Below are positions 44,318 to 52,763 of a stretch of DNA of 64,000 nt, piece after piece (within the stretch, counting starts at the first letter, position 1; every line of letters starts with the position of its first letter). A model generated the notes under the pieces. The model searched no databases. It was not told the origin of the DNA and was given only the letters and a program-made list of their open reading frames with translations. The position numbers and the translations under genes were made by a program. The DNA comes from Escherichia coli (lineage in GTDB: Bacteria > Pseudomonadota > Gammaproteobacteria > Enterobacterales > Enterobacteriaceae): NCBI RefSeq assembly GCF_003790525.1, contig NZ_CP033635.1, one strand, 5' to 3'.

Positions 44318-44829
44318 GCGAGATTAATTATCAGGAAGGGCATGAAATGGCAGGGCAGGCAAAACCAGTTGCATGGCGATATCGCTACGTGAAAAAAGGC
44401 GTTACGGACTTTCAGGAGAAGATGTGGGTTGGTGACTGGAAATATGTACCGACAAAAGAGGATTGCAACGACAGGCCGAGCTATGAGATTCAGGCCTTAT
44501 TCACTGCCCCGTCAGTCCCGGTGACATCAGAAGGACTGGTTAAAGCCGTGCGCTTTTATGAACAGGTAAAGCGTGAGAATCCACCAGTCGAAACAGGAGC
44601 ATGGAAAGATGCTGTTGATTGGGTGCTCAAAGAGGCCTGCTGTGCTGTCATTCTGAGTAAAGCCGACAATCCACTGGCATCCAGTAATCAGGTTGGCGAA
44701 TTAACAATGTGGGTTAAACGACTGGTCAGTCAACTGAAAAAAGCTCAGCCGGACTGCAAATTACCGGAGAAGGCGATGGATTACCTGAAACGAAATGGAC
44801 TGATAAGCGCGGAGGATATTTTACGATGA
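44314..44829 (+). CDS. Ea22/ead-like protein, paralog 3
   Basis: N-terminus MSEINYQEGHEMAG shares the conserved start of the two upstream paralogs; C-terminal part differs. Confidence 0.6.
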   Translation: MSEINYQEGHEMAGQAKPVAWRYRYVKKGVTDFQEKMWVGDWKYVPTKEDCNDRPSYEIQALFTAPSVPVTSEGLVKAVRFYEQVKRENPPVETGAWKDAVDWVLKEACCAVILSKADNPLASSNQVGELTMWVKRLVSQLKKAQPDCKLPEKAMDYLKRNGLISAEDILR

Positions 44830-45033
44830 CCTGGCCTGAAGCATTCACAACGGCAGGAATTGCAATGGCGGAGGCGCTGGTGATGTATTCTATTTGCGGT
44901 TGGGGATAAATCGTTGAAAAAAGCTCCCGACACAAACATGAGTCGGGAGCTTTGATTTATATGGCTTACGAATCCGCCAGCAAGAGAGCGGGCGGACATT
45001 TTATTCTAACACCGGAATTCTGTGGGGACAAGT

Positions 45034-45333
45034 TTATAAGAAATCGGTTTCATAACTTTGTCCGCCATGATAAACACCTGCGATAAAGACTTTATTGTCA
45101 TCAACGGCAAAAGCAATAATCGTTCTGTGGCGGAAATGAGTTACCCGCATCCCCTGGCGAATATCATCGCGTTTATTGCCCCGATGCGGAAATGCAGAAA
45201 ACCCATCAAGATAATCAAGAAGCGCATTGGCATAATTGTCAGCAATGACGCCTCCTGCTTTCTCCGTTATATATCTGTGCAGGTTTATTATCTGCTGTTC
45301 GGCCTCGGGGGTAATGATGACTTCAAATGTCAT
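45034..45333 (-). CDS. parE: type II toxin, RelE/ParE family
   Basis: 99 aa ParE-like pattern; 5 bp downstream of antitoxin gene. Confidence 0.7.
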   Translation of the reverse strand: MTFEVIITPEAEQQIINLHRYITEKAGGVIADNYANALLDYLDGFSAFPHRGNKRDDIRQGMRVTHFRHRTIIAFAVDDNKVFIAGVYHGGQSYETDFL

Positions 45334-45338
45334 GCAGA

Positions 45339-45596
45339 CTACTTCCCGGATCTAATCGCGGCGCGAACCTGTGAAATGGAGCGTCCGTTGTTTGGGTTTT
45401 CGCGGATAGAATCAAGAGAGGGGGCGACTGAATGCGTTAACCACGCTTCGATTGCTTTATCGCGCTCATTCAGTGCGCGAAGCCCTTCACGAATGACCTC
45501 GCTTTCTGAAGCATAGGCACCGGAAGCCACACGGGAGCGCACCATGTCAGCCATCTCGTTAGTTAATGTAATACTGAATTGTTGGGTTGTACGCAT
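45339..45596 (-). CDS. parD: type II antitoxin, ParD/ribbon-helix-helix family
   Basis: start at MRTTQQFSITL (RBS gtgagg); RHH motif SESEVIREGLRALNERDKAIEAWL. Confidence 0.7.
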   Translation of the reverse strand: MRTTQQFSITLTNEMADMVRSRVASGAYASESEVIREGLRALNERDKAIEAWLTHSVAPSLDSIRENPNNGRSISQVRAAIRSGK

Positions 45597-45731
45597 GGTA
45601 AACCTCACGGAGTAGGATAGAACACCATTCGATGATAGCACGCTGCCTGTTGACGACAACAGAAATCAGAGACAATATTGCCTCCAGCCAGCCTGAACAA
45701 CTGGCACCTGCTGCGCCAGCAGAGACAACGG

Positions 45732-46010
45732 ATGGCGCACGATACCAGATTACACAATTCTGATAATCTCGCCGTCTTTGCCAGCAGGCACGGGCGGCAT
45801 TCACACGCATTCAAATCTGACTGGTTCCGGCATGATCCATGTACTGAAGAACAGGCAGAGTGGCTAATTCAGAACTACCGCAGACGTGGTTACGAGTTTC
45901 AGAAAGACCTAAGTCTTGACCGCCTGTACTGGATCATCTCCGTCAGGCTCCCTTATTCCGAACGCCCACCGCGTCCATCCCGCACGTACCAGCAACGGAT
46001 CTGGAGGTAA
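45732..46010 (+). CDS. hypothetical phage protein (nin-region)
   Basis: ORF preceding DUF968 gene; start uncertain (ATG at 45732 or upstream TTG at 45678). Confidence 0.35.
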   Translation: MAHDTRLHNSDNLAVFASRHGRHSHAFKSDWFRHDPCTEEQAEWLIQNYRRRGYEFQKDLSLDRLYWIISVRLPYSERPPRPSRTYQQRIWR

Positions 46011-46011
46011 C

Positions 46012-47064
46012 GTGAGGGTATTAGTGACACCTGAAATTGCTCACCGTCTGGGGATTGTACTTTTCAGACCCGGTCCTGATGCGATGCCTTTGTTTATGCA
46101 GGGGCGTGTGCTGGTGGAGCCTGAACCGAAAAGCATGCGCGGTCTGCCGTCCGGAGTCGTTCCTGCCGTTCGCCAGCCGTTGGCGGAAGATAAATCATTA
46201 CTCCCATTTTTCAGCAATGAGCGTGTGATTCGTGCTGCCGGCGGCGCTGGTGCACTGTCTGACTGGCTGTTGCGTCATGTCAAATCCTGCCAGTGGCCTC
46301 ATGGTGACTATCATCACAGTGAAACCGTCATACATCGTTACGGTACCGGAGCGATGGTGTTGTGCTGGCACTGCGACAACCAGCTGCGTGACCAGACATC
46401 CGAATCACTTGAGCAACTTGCTCAACAAAACCAGGCAGAATGGATGATTGACGTCATACGCCATGCAATGAACGGCACGCAGGAGCGGGAATTATCGCTG
46501 GCTGAATTATGCTGGTGGGCGGTGTGCAATCAGGTGACGGATGCACTACCCGAGACAGTATTGAGTCGTTCGATGGGATTACCTGCGGAAAAAATACGCT
46601 CTGTATACCGCGAAAGCGACATCATACCAGGAGAAAAGACCGCCACCAGCATACTGAAACAGCGCACAAAAAATCTTGTGCTGCCGACCCACCAGCAACA
46701 GAACCGACCACAGGAAAATAAGGTGGTCACCCTTACCGTTGATCCCGATTCTCCGGCTCAGTATCTCCGGCGCCAGAAACCACAACGGGAAGAGATGCCC
46801 GTATACACGCGCTGGGTAAAAACGCAGAAATGCATGACGTGTGGCAATCAGGCAGATGATCCGCATCACATCATTGGTCATGGACTGGGAGGGATGGGAA
46901 CAAAGGCTGACGATTTATTTGTTATTCCGCTGTGTCGTAAATGCCACAACGAACTGCATGCCGGGGTAAAAGAATTTGAAGAAAAACACGGCAGCCAGCT
47001 GTTGTTGTTGATTTGTTTTTTAATGCACGCGAAAAATTCGGGCGTCCTGAAGTGGAATGCATAA
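46012..47064 (+). CDS. DUF968-like phage protein with C-terminal zinc-finger/HNH-like motif
   Basis: GTG start after ggagg RBS; C-terminal CMTCGNQADDPHHIIGHGLGGMG...CRKCHNELH. Confidence 0.65.
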   Translation: MRVLVTPEIAHRLGIVLFRPGPDAMPLFMQGRVLVEPEPKSMRGLPSGVVPAVRQPLAEDKSLLPFFSNERVIRAAGGAGALSDWLLRHVKSCQWPHGDYHHSETVIHRYGTGAMVLCWHCDNQLRDQTSESLEQLAQQNQAEWMIDVIRHAMNGTQERELSLAELCWWAVCNQVTDALPETVLSRSMGLPAEKIRSVYRESDIIPGEKTATSILKQRTKNLVLPTHQQQNRPQENKVVTLTVDPDSPAQYLRRQKPQREEMPVYTRWVKTQKCMTCGNQADDPHHIIGHGLGGMGTKADDLFVIPLCRKCHNELHAGVKEFEEKHGSQLLLLICFLMHAKNSGVLKWNA

Positions 47065-47430
47065 ATGACTGAACACATAGAATTTGTTTTGCCTTACCCG
47101 CCAACGGTGAATACTTACTGGCGACGTCGTGGCAGCACATATTTTGTATCAAAAGTCGGTGAACGTTATCGCCGGGATGTGGCGTTAATTGTTCGCCAAC
47201 AGCGGTTGAAATTAAACCTGTCCGGAAGGCTGGCAATAAAAATTATTGCAGAGCCACCGGATAAGCGCCGCCGCGACCTGGACAATATCCTGAAGGCACC
47301 ACTGGATGCACTGACGCATGCCGGACTATTCATAGACGACGAGCAGTTTGATGAAATTAATATTGTGCGCGGTCAGCCCGTTCCTGGTGGGCGGCTGGGG
47401 ATAAAAATCACAGAACTGGAGTGCGCATGA
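47065..47430 (+). CDS. rusA: Holliday junction resolvase RusA
   Basis: 121 aa with conserved RRDLDNILKAPLDAL motif. Confidence 0.85.
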   Translation: MTEHIEFVLPYPPTVNTYWRRRGSTYFVSKVGERYRRDVALIVRQQRLKLNLSGRLAIKIIAEPPDKRRRDLDNILKAPLDALTHAGLFIDDEQFDEINIVRGQPVPGGRLGIKITELECA

Positions 47431-48095
47431 ATAACCAGTATTTACAGTTTGTGCGTGAGCAGCTCATTATCGCCACCGCTGATTTGAGTGGGGCAACAAA
47501 AGGTCAGCTTGAAGCCTGGCAGGAGAATGCCATGTTCGATACAGGGCGTTACAGGCGTAAAAAAATCCGGTACCGCGATGAAGTGACTGGAAAAATGATA
47601 ACGCGGGATAATCCACCAATCCCGGGAAAACAATCGCTGGCGAAAGGCTCATCAATTGCCCTGGTCAGCCCGGTTGAGTTTTCGACATCATCATGGCGGC
47701 GGGCGGTTCTGTCTATTGAAGAACATCAGAAAGCCTGGTTGTTGTGGTGTTACAGCGGGAGTATTTGCTGGGAGTATCAGGTCACTATAACCCACTGGGC
47801 ATGGGAAGAGTTTAAGGCCCATTGTGGCAACAGGAAAATTGCAGAGAAAACACGGGAACGCCTGAAAAAATTAATCTGGCTGGCGGCGCAGGCAGTAAAA
47901 GCAGAAATTTTTGGTAAGGAAGGTTACGAATACCAGGATCTGGCATTACTGGCGGGAGTGACAGCCAAAAACTGGTCCAAAACATTTACTGGTCACTGGA
48001 TTGCAATGAAACACATTTTTCACCGGCTGGATAGTGAGGCTTTATTGTTTGTGACGAGAACACGTTCAAAACAAAAGGCGGCATTTTCACAGTAA
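47427..48095 (+). CDS. late-gene antiterminator Q-like protein
   Basis: ATGA overlap with rusA stop; sits before a promoter-terminator pair and the lysis genes, the lambdoid Q position. Confidence 0.6.
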   Translation: MNNQYLQFVREQLIIATADLSGATKGQLEAWQENAMFDTGRYRRKKIRYRDEVTGKMITRDNPPIPGKQSLAKGSSIALVSPVEFSTSSWRRAVLSIEEHQKAWLLWCYSGSICWEYQVTITHWAWEEFKAHCGNRKIAEKTRERLKKLIWLAAQAVKAEIFGKEGYEYQDLALLAGVTAKNWSKTFTGHWIAMKHIFHRLDSEALLFVTRTRSKQKAAFSQ

Positions 48096-48180
48096 AGTAT
48101 TGCAAAAGTAGATTAAAAGGCATATATTTCGTGTGAATTTGATATTCTGCCGATTTTGTACGTAATGGCAAATCAAGCAA

Positions 48181-48205
48181 AACCCGCCGCCGAGTGGGTT
48201 TTTTT
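48181..48205 (+). terminator. tR'-like terminator downstream of Q (late promoter region)
   Basis: hairpin aacccgc-cgccga-gtgggtt followed by seven T. Confidence 0.65.
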
Positions 48206-48345
48206 ATACCTGAAAAAGACACAGAACATTAAATGTGATGGCTATTGTGCTATGAGTTTTTCCTGCTATGAAGCTTCTTGACTACATGGAGCTCCATTTG
48301 TTATGCAATATATTGTTATGTTTTTGAGTTGTTAATGGTGTTGCT

Positions 48346-49059
48346 ATGGATGACAGTACTCTGCTCAGGTACTCTTCACTTTTTGTTGCTTATATGGGAT
48401 GTCTTGGGTGGGGAAGCGCTTACTTTTATGGCTGGGGTACATCCTTTTATTATGGTTTCCCATGGTGGGTGGTTGGGGCTGGTGTCGATGATGTGGCCAG
48501 AAGCCTTTTTTATGCCGTTACAGTCATTGTTATATTCCTGATTGGGTGGGGAGTCGGTGTTGTTTTCTTCCTGGGGATCAAACAAAAAAATAATGTGCAG
48601 GATCTGAGTTTTATCAGACTTTTTCTGGCGATATTGTTGCTTTTTGTTCCGCCTGCTCTGGAGTTTTCAGTAATTCATCGACGCGTTGCGCTAGATGCAT
48701 TGGTTTTATGCGTTATTGCTGCCTTAATAATTACGGTTTTTGTCAGGTCAGGAAGAAGACTTATTTCAGTCAAATGTTTTTCGGAAATGTCTTTTATTCG
48801 TCATCACTGGATTGAGTGTATGATGGTCGGATTCATGATCTATTTCTGGGGATTTTCACTTATTGCCGGTTGGTACAAACCCCAGTTTAAGAAGGAATAT
48901 CAGATGCTCCACTATGATAGTGTCTGGTATTATGTTCTTGCACGCTATGATGACAGGCTGGTGTTGTCGAAATCGTACAGTAATGGGAGTTCTACATTCG
49001 TTATACTTAATAGCGGGCAGATTGATGACTTCGAAGTTAATGTAGTCAGAGTGCGTTAA
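48346..49059 (+). CDS. membrane protein of unknown function (cargo between Q and tRNA genes)
   Basis: 237 aa; Trp/Gly-rich N-terminal TM helices plus hydrophilic C-terminal region; visibly AT-richer than flanking prophage genes. Confidence 0.6.
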   Translation: MDDSTLLRYSSLFVAYMGCLGWGSAYFYGWGTSFYYGFPWWVVGAGVDDVARSLFYAVTVIVIFLIGWGVGVVFFLGIKQKNNVQDLSFIRLFLAILLLFVPPALEFSVIHRRVALDALVLCVIAALIITVFVRSGRRLISVKCFSEMSFIRHHWIECMMVGFMIYFWGFSLIAGWYKPQFKKEYQMLHYDSVWYYVLARYDDRLVLSKSYSNGSSTFVILNSGQIDDFEVNVVRVR

Positions 49060-49181
49060 TATTGCCTGAGTAATTTTCTGTTGACCGCTCAAATTCTTTT
49101 ACCATGTGTAGGCCAATATGCAGGATTTAATCAGGGAAGGGTATTGCAGAGCAAAACTGGCATAAGTATTATTCCGCATAC

Positions 49182-49257
49182 GTCCCTTTAGCTCAGTGGT
49201 GAGAGCGAGCGACTCATAATCGCCAGGTCGCTGGTTCAAATCCAGCAAGGGCCACCA
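49182..49257 (+). tRNA. tRNA with CAU anticodon (Ile2/Met-type, ileZ-like)
   Basis: cloverleaf folds by eye: D stem GCTC/GAGC, anticodon loop CTCATAA, T loop TTCAAAT, CCA encoded; one mismatch at pair 2-71. Confidence 0.8.
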
Positions 49258-49258
49258 A

Positions 49259-49335
49259 CCGCCACTAGCTCATCAGGAGAGAGCATCAGCCTTCTAAGCT
49301 GACTGTGCGGGGTTCGAGTCCCCGGTGGCGGTCCA
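49259..49335 (+). tRNA. tRNA-Arg (UCU)
   Basis: cloverleaf folds by eye: D stem GCTC/GAGC, anticodon stem TCAGC/GCTGA, loop CTTCTAA, T stem CGGGG/CCCCG, CCA encoded. Confidence 0.85.
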
Positions 49336-49336
49336 G

Positions 49337-49410
49337 CGCCGACTTACCTCAGTCGGCAGAACAGTTTAGTTGTAACCATCAGGCCACCACTTCAATTCCG
49401 GTAGTCGGCA
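49337..49410 (+). tRNA. tRNA-like sequence, possibly degenerate third tRNA
   Basis: perfect 7-bp acceptor stem GCCGACT/AGTCGGC and TTCAATT T-loop-like motif, but no canonical D or anticodon arm and no CCA. Confidence 0.25.
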
Positions 49411-49750
49411 CTAAATTTCCAGGCTCGTGCTCACGGCCTGCTTCATATCCGCGCCAGGTCCGTCGCGATTAAACCACAGGGCTTTTCAGGAGGGGCCACA
49501 GAGAGCGTCACACTGACCATTCCCTGTGGCTTGTGCTGAGATCCGGTCAGTGAAATTGTGCAAAGGGAATCTTCGGGAGCTTTGGGCAGAATGTCAGTTA
49601 TTGATGTTGACATCCTCCACACCCTGAAGGTCGGGGTTTTACGGCGCACTGGATAAAATACCTGAACAAACAGCCTCTTCGTGCGGCTTTTTTATAACGA
49701 GATTCTGACTTGCTGCCGTCCGTAATGTCGGATGGCGGAGGTGAGGGACT

Positions 49751-50023
49751 ATGAGAATGGACGAACGATACAGTAACGCTGCATACGGCAGCGCAGGACT
49801 TGTTGCGTTCTTTGCCAGCCTGTCACTGCAGGATTGGGGATTTATTATCGGCGTGGCGTTCAGTATCATTCTTGGTGTTCTTACTTATCGCCTTAACAAA
49901 CGGGAGCAGGAAAAACGAACCCGCATATTGCTCGAAATTCTGGAACGAACTAATGCCGGTAATGTTCCGGCTACGGCACATGCTGTGGCTGAGATTGCGA
50001 AAAAGGCACCAAAAGAAATATGA
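49751..50023 (+). CDS. holin (two-TM, pinholin-like) with dual-start motif
   Basis: 90 aa; MRM dual start, two hydrophobic helices, charged C-terminus; RBS ggaggtgaggg. Confidence 0.7.
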   Translation: MRMDERYSNAAYGSAGLVAFFASLSLQDWGFIIGVAFSIILGVLTYRLNKREQEKRTRILLEILERTNAGNVPATAHAVAEIAKKAPKEI

Positions 50024-50179
50024 CGAATATCCCGGGAGTGAGGGGATAATATACCTTTTAACAAAATCCGGGAACATGAAACGCCCGGAACGTTTCATGA
50101 GACATGCCCCGTGGGGAGCAGGGCATAACTGTGCGGAATAGCTTTCATTGTGATATCAATAATCACGGTATTCAAAATA

Positions 50180-50557
50180 TTACGGGCCTGTGGGATCAGG
50201 TTGTTTTTTGTCTGATTCCAGAGGGAAGGGACGCTGTTTCGGTTCTCTGAACTTTAGTGATAATGAATTGAAAATCCTCATTTTTTGCTGCCATGCATAA
50301 TGTCTGTCCCATGAACAGGGGGGGCTCAATTCTTCATTCACCCATGCGTTAATATCTTGTTTCAGGTGTTGAAGCATATGGGGTGTTAATGCACTCATAA
50401 TAATATCCAGCGTTTTATGCGAGAGTTTACCGTAAGGGTCTGCAAGGATGCTGCTCGTTGCTTCGTTATTATCCACCATAAGTGGAAGTAGCGCTGATTT
50501 AACTTTTTCTGTCATTAGTTGCAAAAATCTACTGCGCAAATTTTCTTTACTGTTCAT
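50180..50557 (-). CDS. hypothetical protein encoded antisense inside the lysis cassette
   Basis: 125 aa hydrophilic ORF with gagg RBS; lies between 11-bp direct repeats at 50087 and 50607. Confidence 0.45.
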   Translation of the reverse strand: MNSKENLRSRFLQLMTEKVKSALLPLMVDNNEATSSILADPYGKLSHKTLDIIMSALTPHMLQHLKQDINAWVNEELSPPCSWDRHYAWQQKMRIFNSLSLKFREPKQRPFPLESDKKQPDPTGP

Positions 50558-50680
50558 TTCTGAAGCCTCATCTGTTGTCGTTTGGTTTTCCTGAACGGGT
50601 ATGTTTATGAGACATGCTGGTACTGGATTATATACCTGATATATCCAGGGCTATAAACCTTTAGATCCTGATAAATATAC

Positions 50681-51214
50681 ATGAACGCAAAAATCAGATA
50701 CGGCCTGTCGGCTGCCGTTCTGGCGCTGATTGGTGCTGGCGCATCTGCTCCTCAGATACTTGATCAGTTTCTGGACGAAAAAGAGGGTAACCACACAACG
50801 GCATACCGCGATGGTTCTGGCATATGGACCATCTGCCGCGGTGCCACGGTGGTGGATGGAAAACACGTTTTTCCCGGAATGAAGCTGTCGAAGGAAAAAT
50901 GCGCTCAGGTTAATGCCATTGAGCGTGATAAGGCGCTGGCATGGGTGGAGCGCAATATTAAAGTTCCACTGACCGAAGCACAGAAAGCGGGTATTGCGTC
51001 ATTCTGTCCCTATAACATTGGCCCCGGTAAGTGTTTCCCGTCGACGTTTTATAAGCGGCTTAATGCCGGTGATCGAAAAGGCGCCTGCGAGGCGATTCGC
51101 TGGTGGATAAAGGATGGTGGGCGCGATTGCCGCATACGTTCAAATAACTGCTATGGACAGGTTATTCGTCGTGACCAGGAAAGCGCATTAGCCTGTTGGG
51201 GGATAGATCAGTGA
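50681..51214 (+). CDS. SAR-type endolysin (phage lysozyme)
   Basis: 177 aa; N-terminal signal-anchor-release-like segment [15 protein letters not shown] followed by lysozyme-like catalytic region; precedes Rz/Rz1. Confidence 0.8.
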   Translation: MNAKIRYGLSAAVLALIGAGASAPQILDQFLDEKEGNHTTAYRDGSGIWTICRGATVVDGKHVFPGMKLSKEKCAQVNAIERDKALAWVERNIKVPLTEAQKAGIASFCPYNIGPGKCFPSTFYKRLNAGDRKGACEAIRWWIKDGGRDCRIRSNNCYGQVIRRDQESALACWGIDQ

Positions 51215-51678
51215 GCAGAGTCGCCGCGATTATTTATGCTCTGGTTATCTGCATCATCGTCTGCCTGTCGTTGGCGGTCAATCATTACCGTGATAACGCC
51301 ATAGCCTACAAAGAACAGCGTGATAAAAAAGTCAGTGAACTGAAGCAGGCGACCGCCACCATTACTGACATGCAGCAGCGTCAGCGTGATGTTGCTGCGC
51401 TCGATGCAAAGTACTCGAGAGAATTAGCCAATGCGAAAGCTGAAAATGAAACTCTGCGCGCTGATGTTGCCGCTGGCCGTAAGCGCCTGCGGGTCAATGC
51501 CAGTTGCTCCGAAGCCGTGCGTGAAGCCACCGGACCCACCAGCGTGGATAATGCAACCAGCCCCCGACTGGCAGACACCGCTGAACGGGATTATTTCACC
51601 CTCAGAGAACGGTTGATGACGATGCAGAAGCAACTGGAAGGGGCACAGGAGTATATCCGCACTCAGTGCATTAAGTAG
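51211..51678 (+). CDS. i-spanin Rz
   Basis: GTGA overlap with endolysin stop; N-terminal TM helix, coiled-coil periplasmic domain. Confidence 0.8.
   Translation: MSRVAAIIYALVICIIVCLSLAVNHYRDNAIAYKEQRDKKVSELKQATATITDMQQRQRDVAALDAKYSRELANAKAENETLRADVAAGRKRLRVNASCSEAVREATGPTSVDNATSPRLADTAERDYFTLRERLMTMQKQLEGAQEYIRTQCIK
51431..51616 (+). CDS. o-spanin Rz1 (lipoprotein embedded in Rz, +1 frame)
   Basis: [22 protein letters not shown] lipobox and Pro-rich [28 protein letters not shown], very similar to lambda Rz1. Confidence 0.8.
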   Translation: MRKLKMKLCALMLPLAVSACGSMPVAPKPCVKPPDPPAWIMQPAPDWQTPLNGIISPSENG

Positions 51679-51701
51679 CCTTTTTGTTATCAGGAGAATG
51701 T

Positions 51702-51971
51702 ATGAAGAAATTACTGGTAACCGCAAAGCTCTTTAATGGAAGAATCCCGTTCCGGATTTTACAGCGTGGTCGTGTTCTGGCTGAAGGTACATTCAGTGGT
51801 AAATGCACGGAATGTTATTCACGAATATATGAAGTGGATGCCACGGATGAAGATATAATCGTTGAGTGTAATGCCGGGATTGTATCGGCCACATTGCTTC
51901 ATGGGCGAATTGAGTTGTCGCTGGAGGATGCGGCAAATGAATTACCAACTGGCAAAACTTTATCGCGGTAA
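51702..51971 (+). CDS. hypothetical phage protein
   Basis: start MKKLLVTAK with RBS aggaga; overlaps next ORF in another frame. Confidence 0.45.
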   Translation: MKKLLVTAKLFNGRIPFRILQRGRVLAEGTFSGKCTECYSRIYEVDATDEDIIVECNAGIVSATLLHGRIELSLEDAANELPTGKTLSR

Positions 51972-52137
51972 ACATTTCGCAGGGTATGGGATTGCAGTTA
52001 ATGGTGAGTTACTGGAGGGGCAGCTTTCCGCCAGGACAGAGTCACGCGGAGGCGAGCCACCAACAGTCACTGTGACTTTCAGACTGACAGCAGAACATAT
52101 CGAGAATCAGCCCGTCATTCAACTGAACAGGGTGTGA
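51937..52137 (+). CDS. hypothetical phage protein
   Basis: start MNYQLAKLY with RBS ggagga; reading frame is open upstream to 51862. Confidence 0.4.
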   Translation: MNYQLAKLYRGKHFAGYGIAVNGELLEGQLSARTESRGGEPPTVTVTFRLTAEHIENQPVIQLNRV

Positions 52138-52144
52138 GGTATTT

Positions 52145-52231
52145 ATGCCATCACGAATCCCACGTGCCTGCCGTAAGCGTGGATGCGCAGGTACAATCAC
52201 AGACAGTTCTGGTTACTGCGATAAACATCGT
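52145..52231 (+). pseudogene. HNH endonuclease, N-terminal remnant
   Basis: MPSRIPRACRKRGCAGTITDSSGYCDKHR matches the characteristic start of phage HNH endonucleases; downstream sequence is unrelated AT-rich DNA. Confidence 0.45.
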
Positions 52232-52313
52232 GTGCGACCGTGGTTGCTCGGTATCTTTGTCTCTCTTGGTAACTTATTTGTTCGAACCGGTTTACAACTT
52301 ACAGGATATAAAC

Positions 52314-52763
52314 ATGCAAGAAGAAGCAAATAAAATTCTTGTTGATTTATTGACGAAGGCCAGCGATGGAATTGATTCCGCCATTGCATTCAGTCAGGCT
52401 CAGATTCCGGATGTTGTTCATCAGTTGCTGGTATGGAATATGGTTGATAGCCTGATTAAAACATTAATAGCCATTTCAACAATCCCTCTGGTTTTCTGGT
52501 TTATGAAGAAGCAGTGCCAAAGAGTTGAGACAGGTAAAATCGGTGATGAAGGATATTCATGGGAGAAGGGAAATCCCAAATACAGGCCGACAATGGTTTG
52601 GGATAGCAAAGGTGATATTAATCTTCTTATCGTGCCATTGGTTGGAGTTTTGACTATGTGGGGGATTTTTATTATTTGTGCAGTAACCAATATGACATGG
52701 TTAAAAATCTGGCTGGCACCTAAGTTATATCTAATCGAATACGCAGCATCACTAATTAAATAG
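52314..52763 (+). CDS. membrane protein of unknown function (AT-rich moron)
   Basis: start MQEEANKIL with agga RBS; two predicted TM helices; hairpin terminator just downstream. Confidence 0.55.
   Translation: MQEEANKILVDLLTKASDGIDSAIAFSQAQIPDVVHQLLVWNMVDSLIKTLIAISTIPLVFWFMKKQCQRVETGKIGDEGYSWEKGNPKYRPTMVWDSKGDINLLIVPLVGVLTMWGIFIICAVTNMTWLKIWLAPKLYLIEYAASLIK

Noticed and set aside
49410-49750. Expected Shiga toxin genes downstream of the phage tRNA cluster
   Set aside because: Looked for stxA/stxB-sized ORFs between the tRNAs and the holin; only about 340 bp of noncoding DNA with hairpins is present
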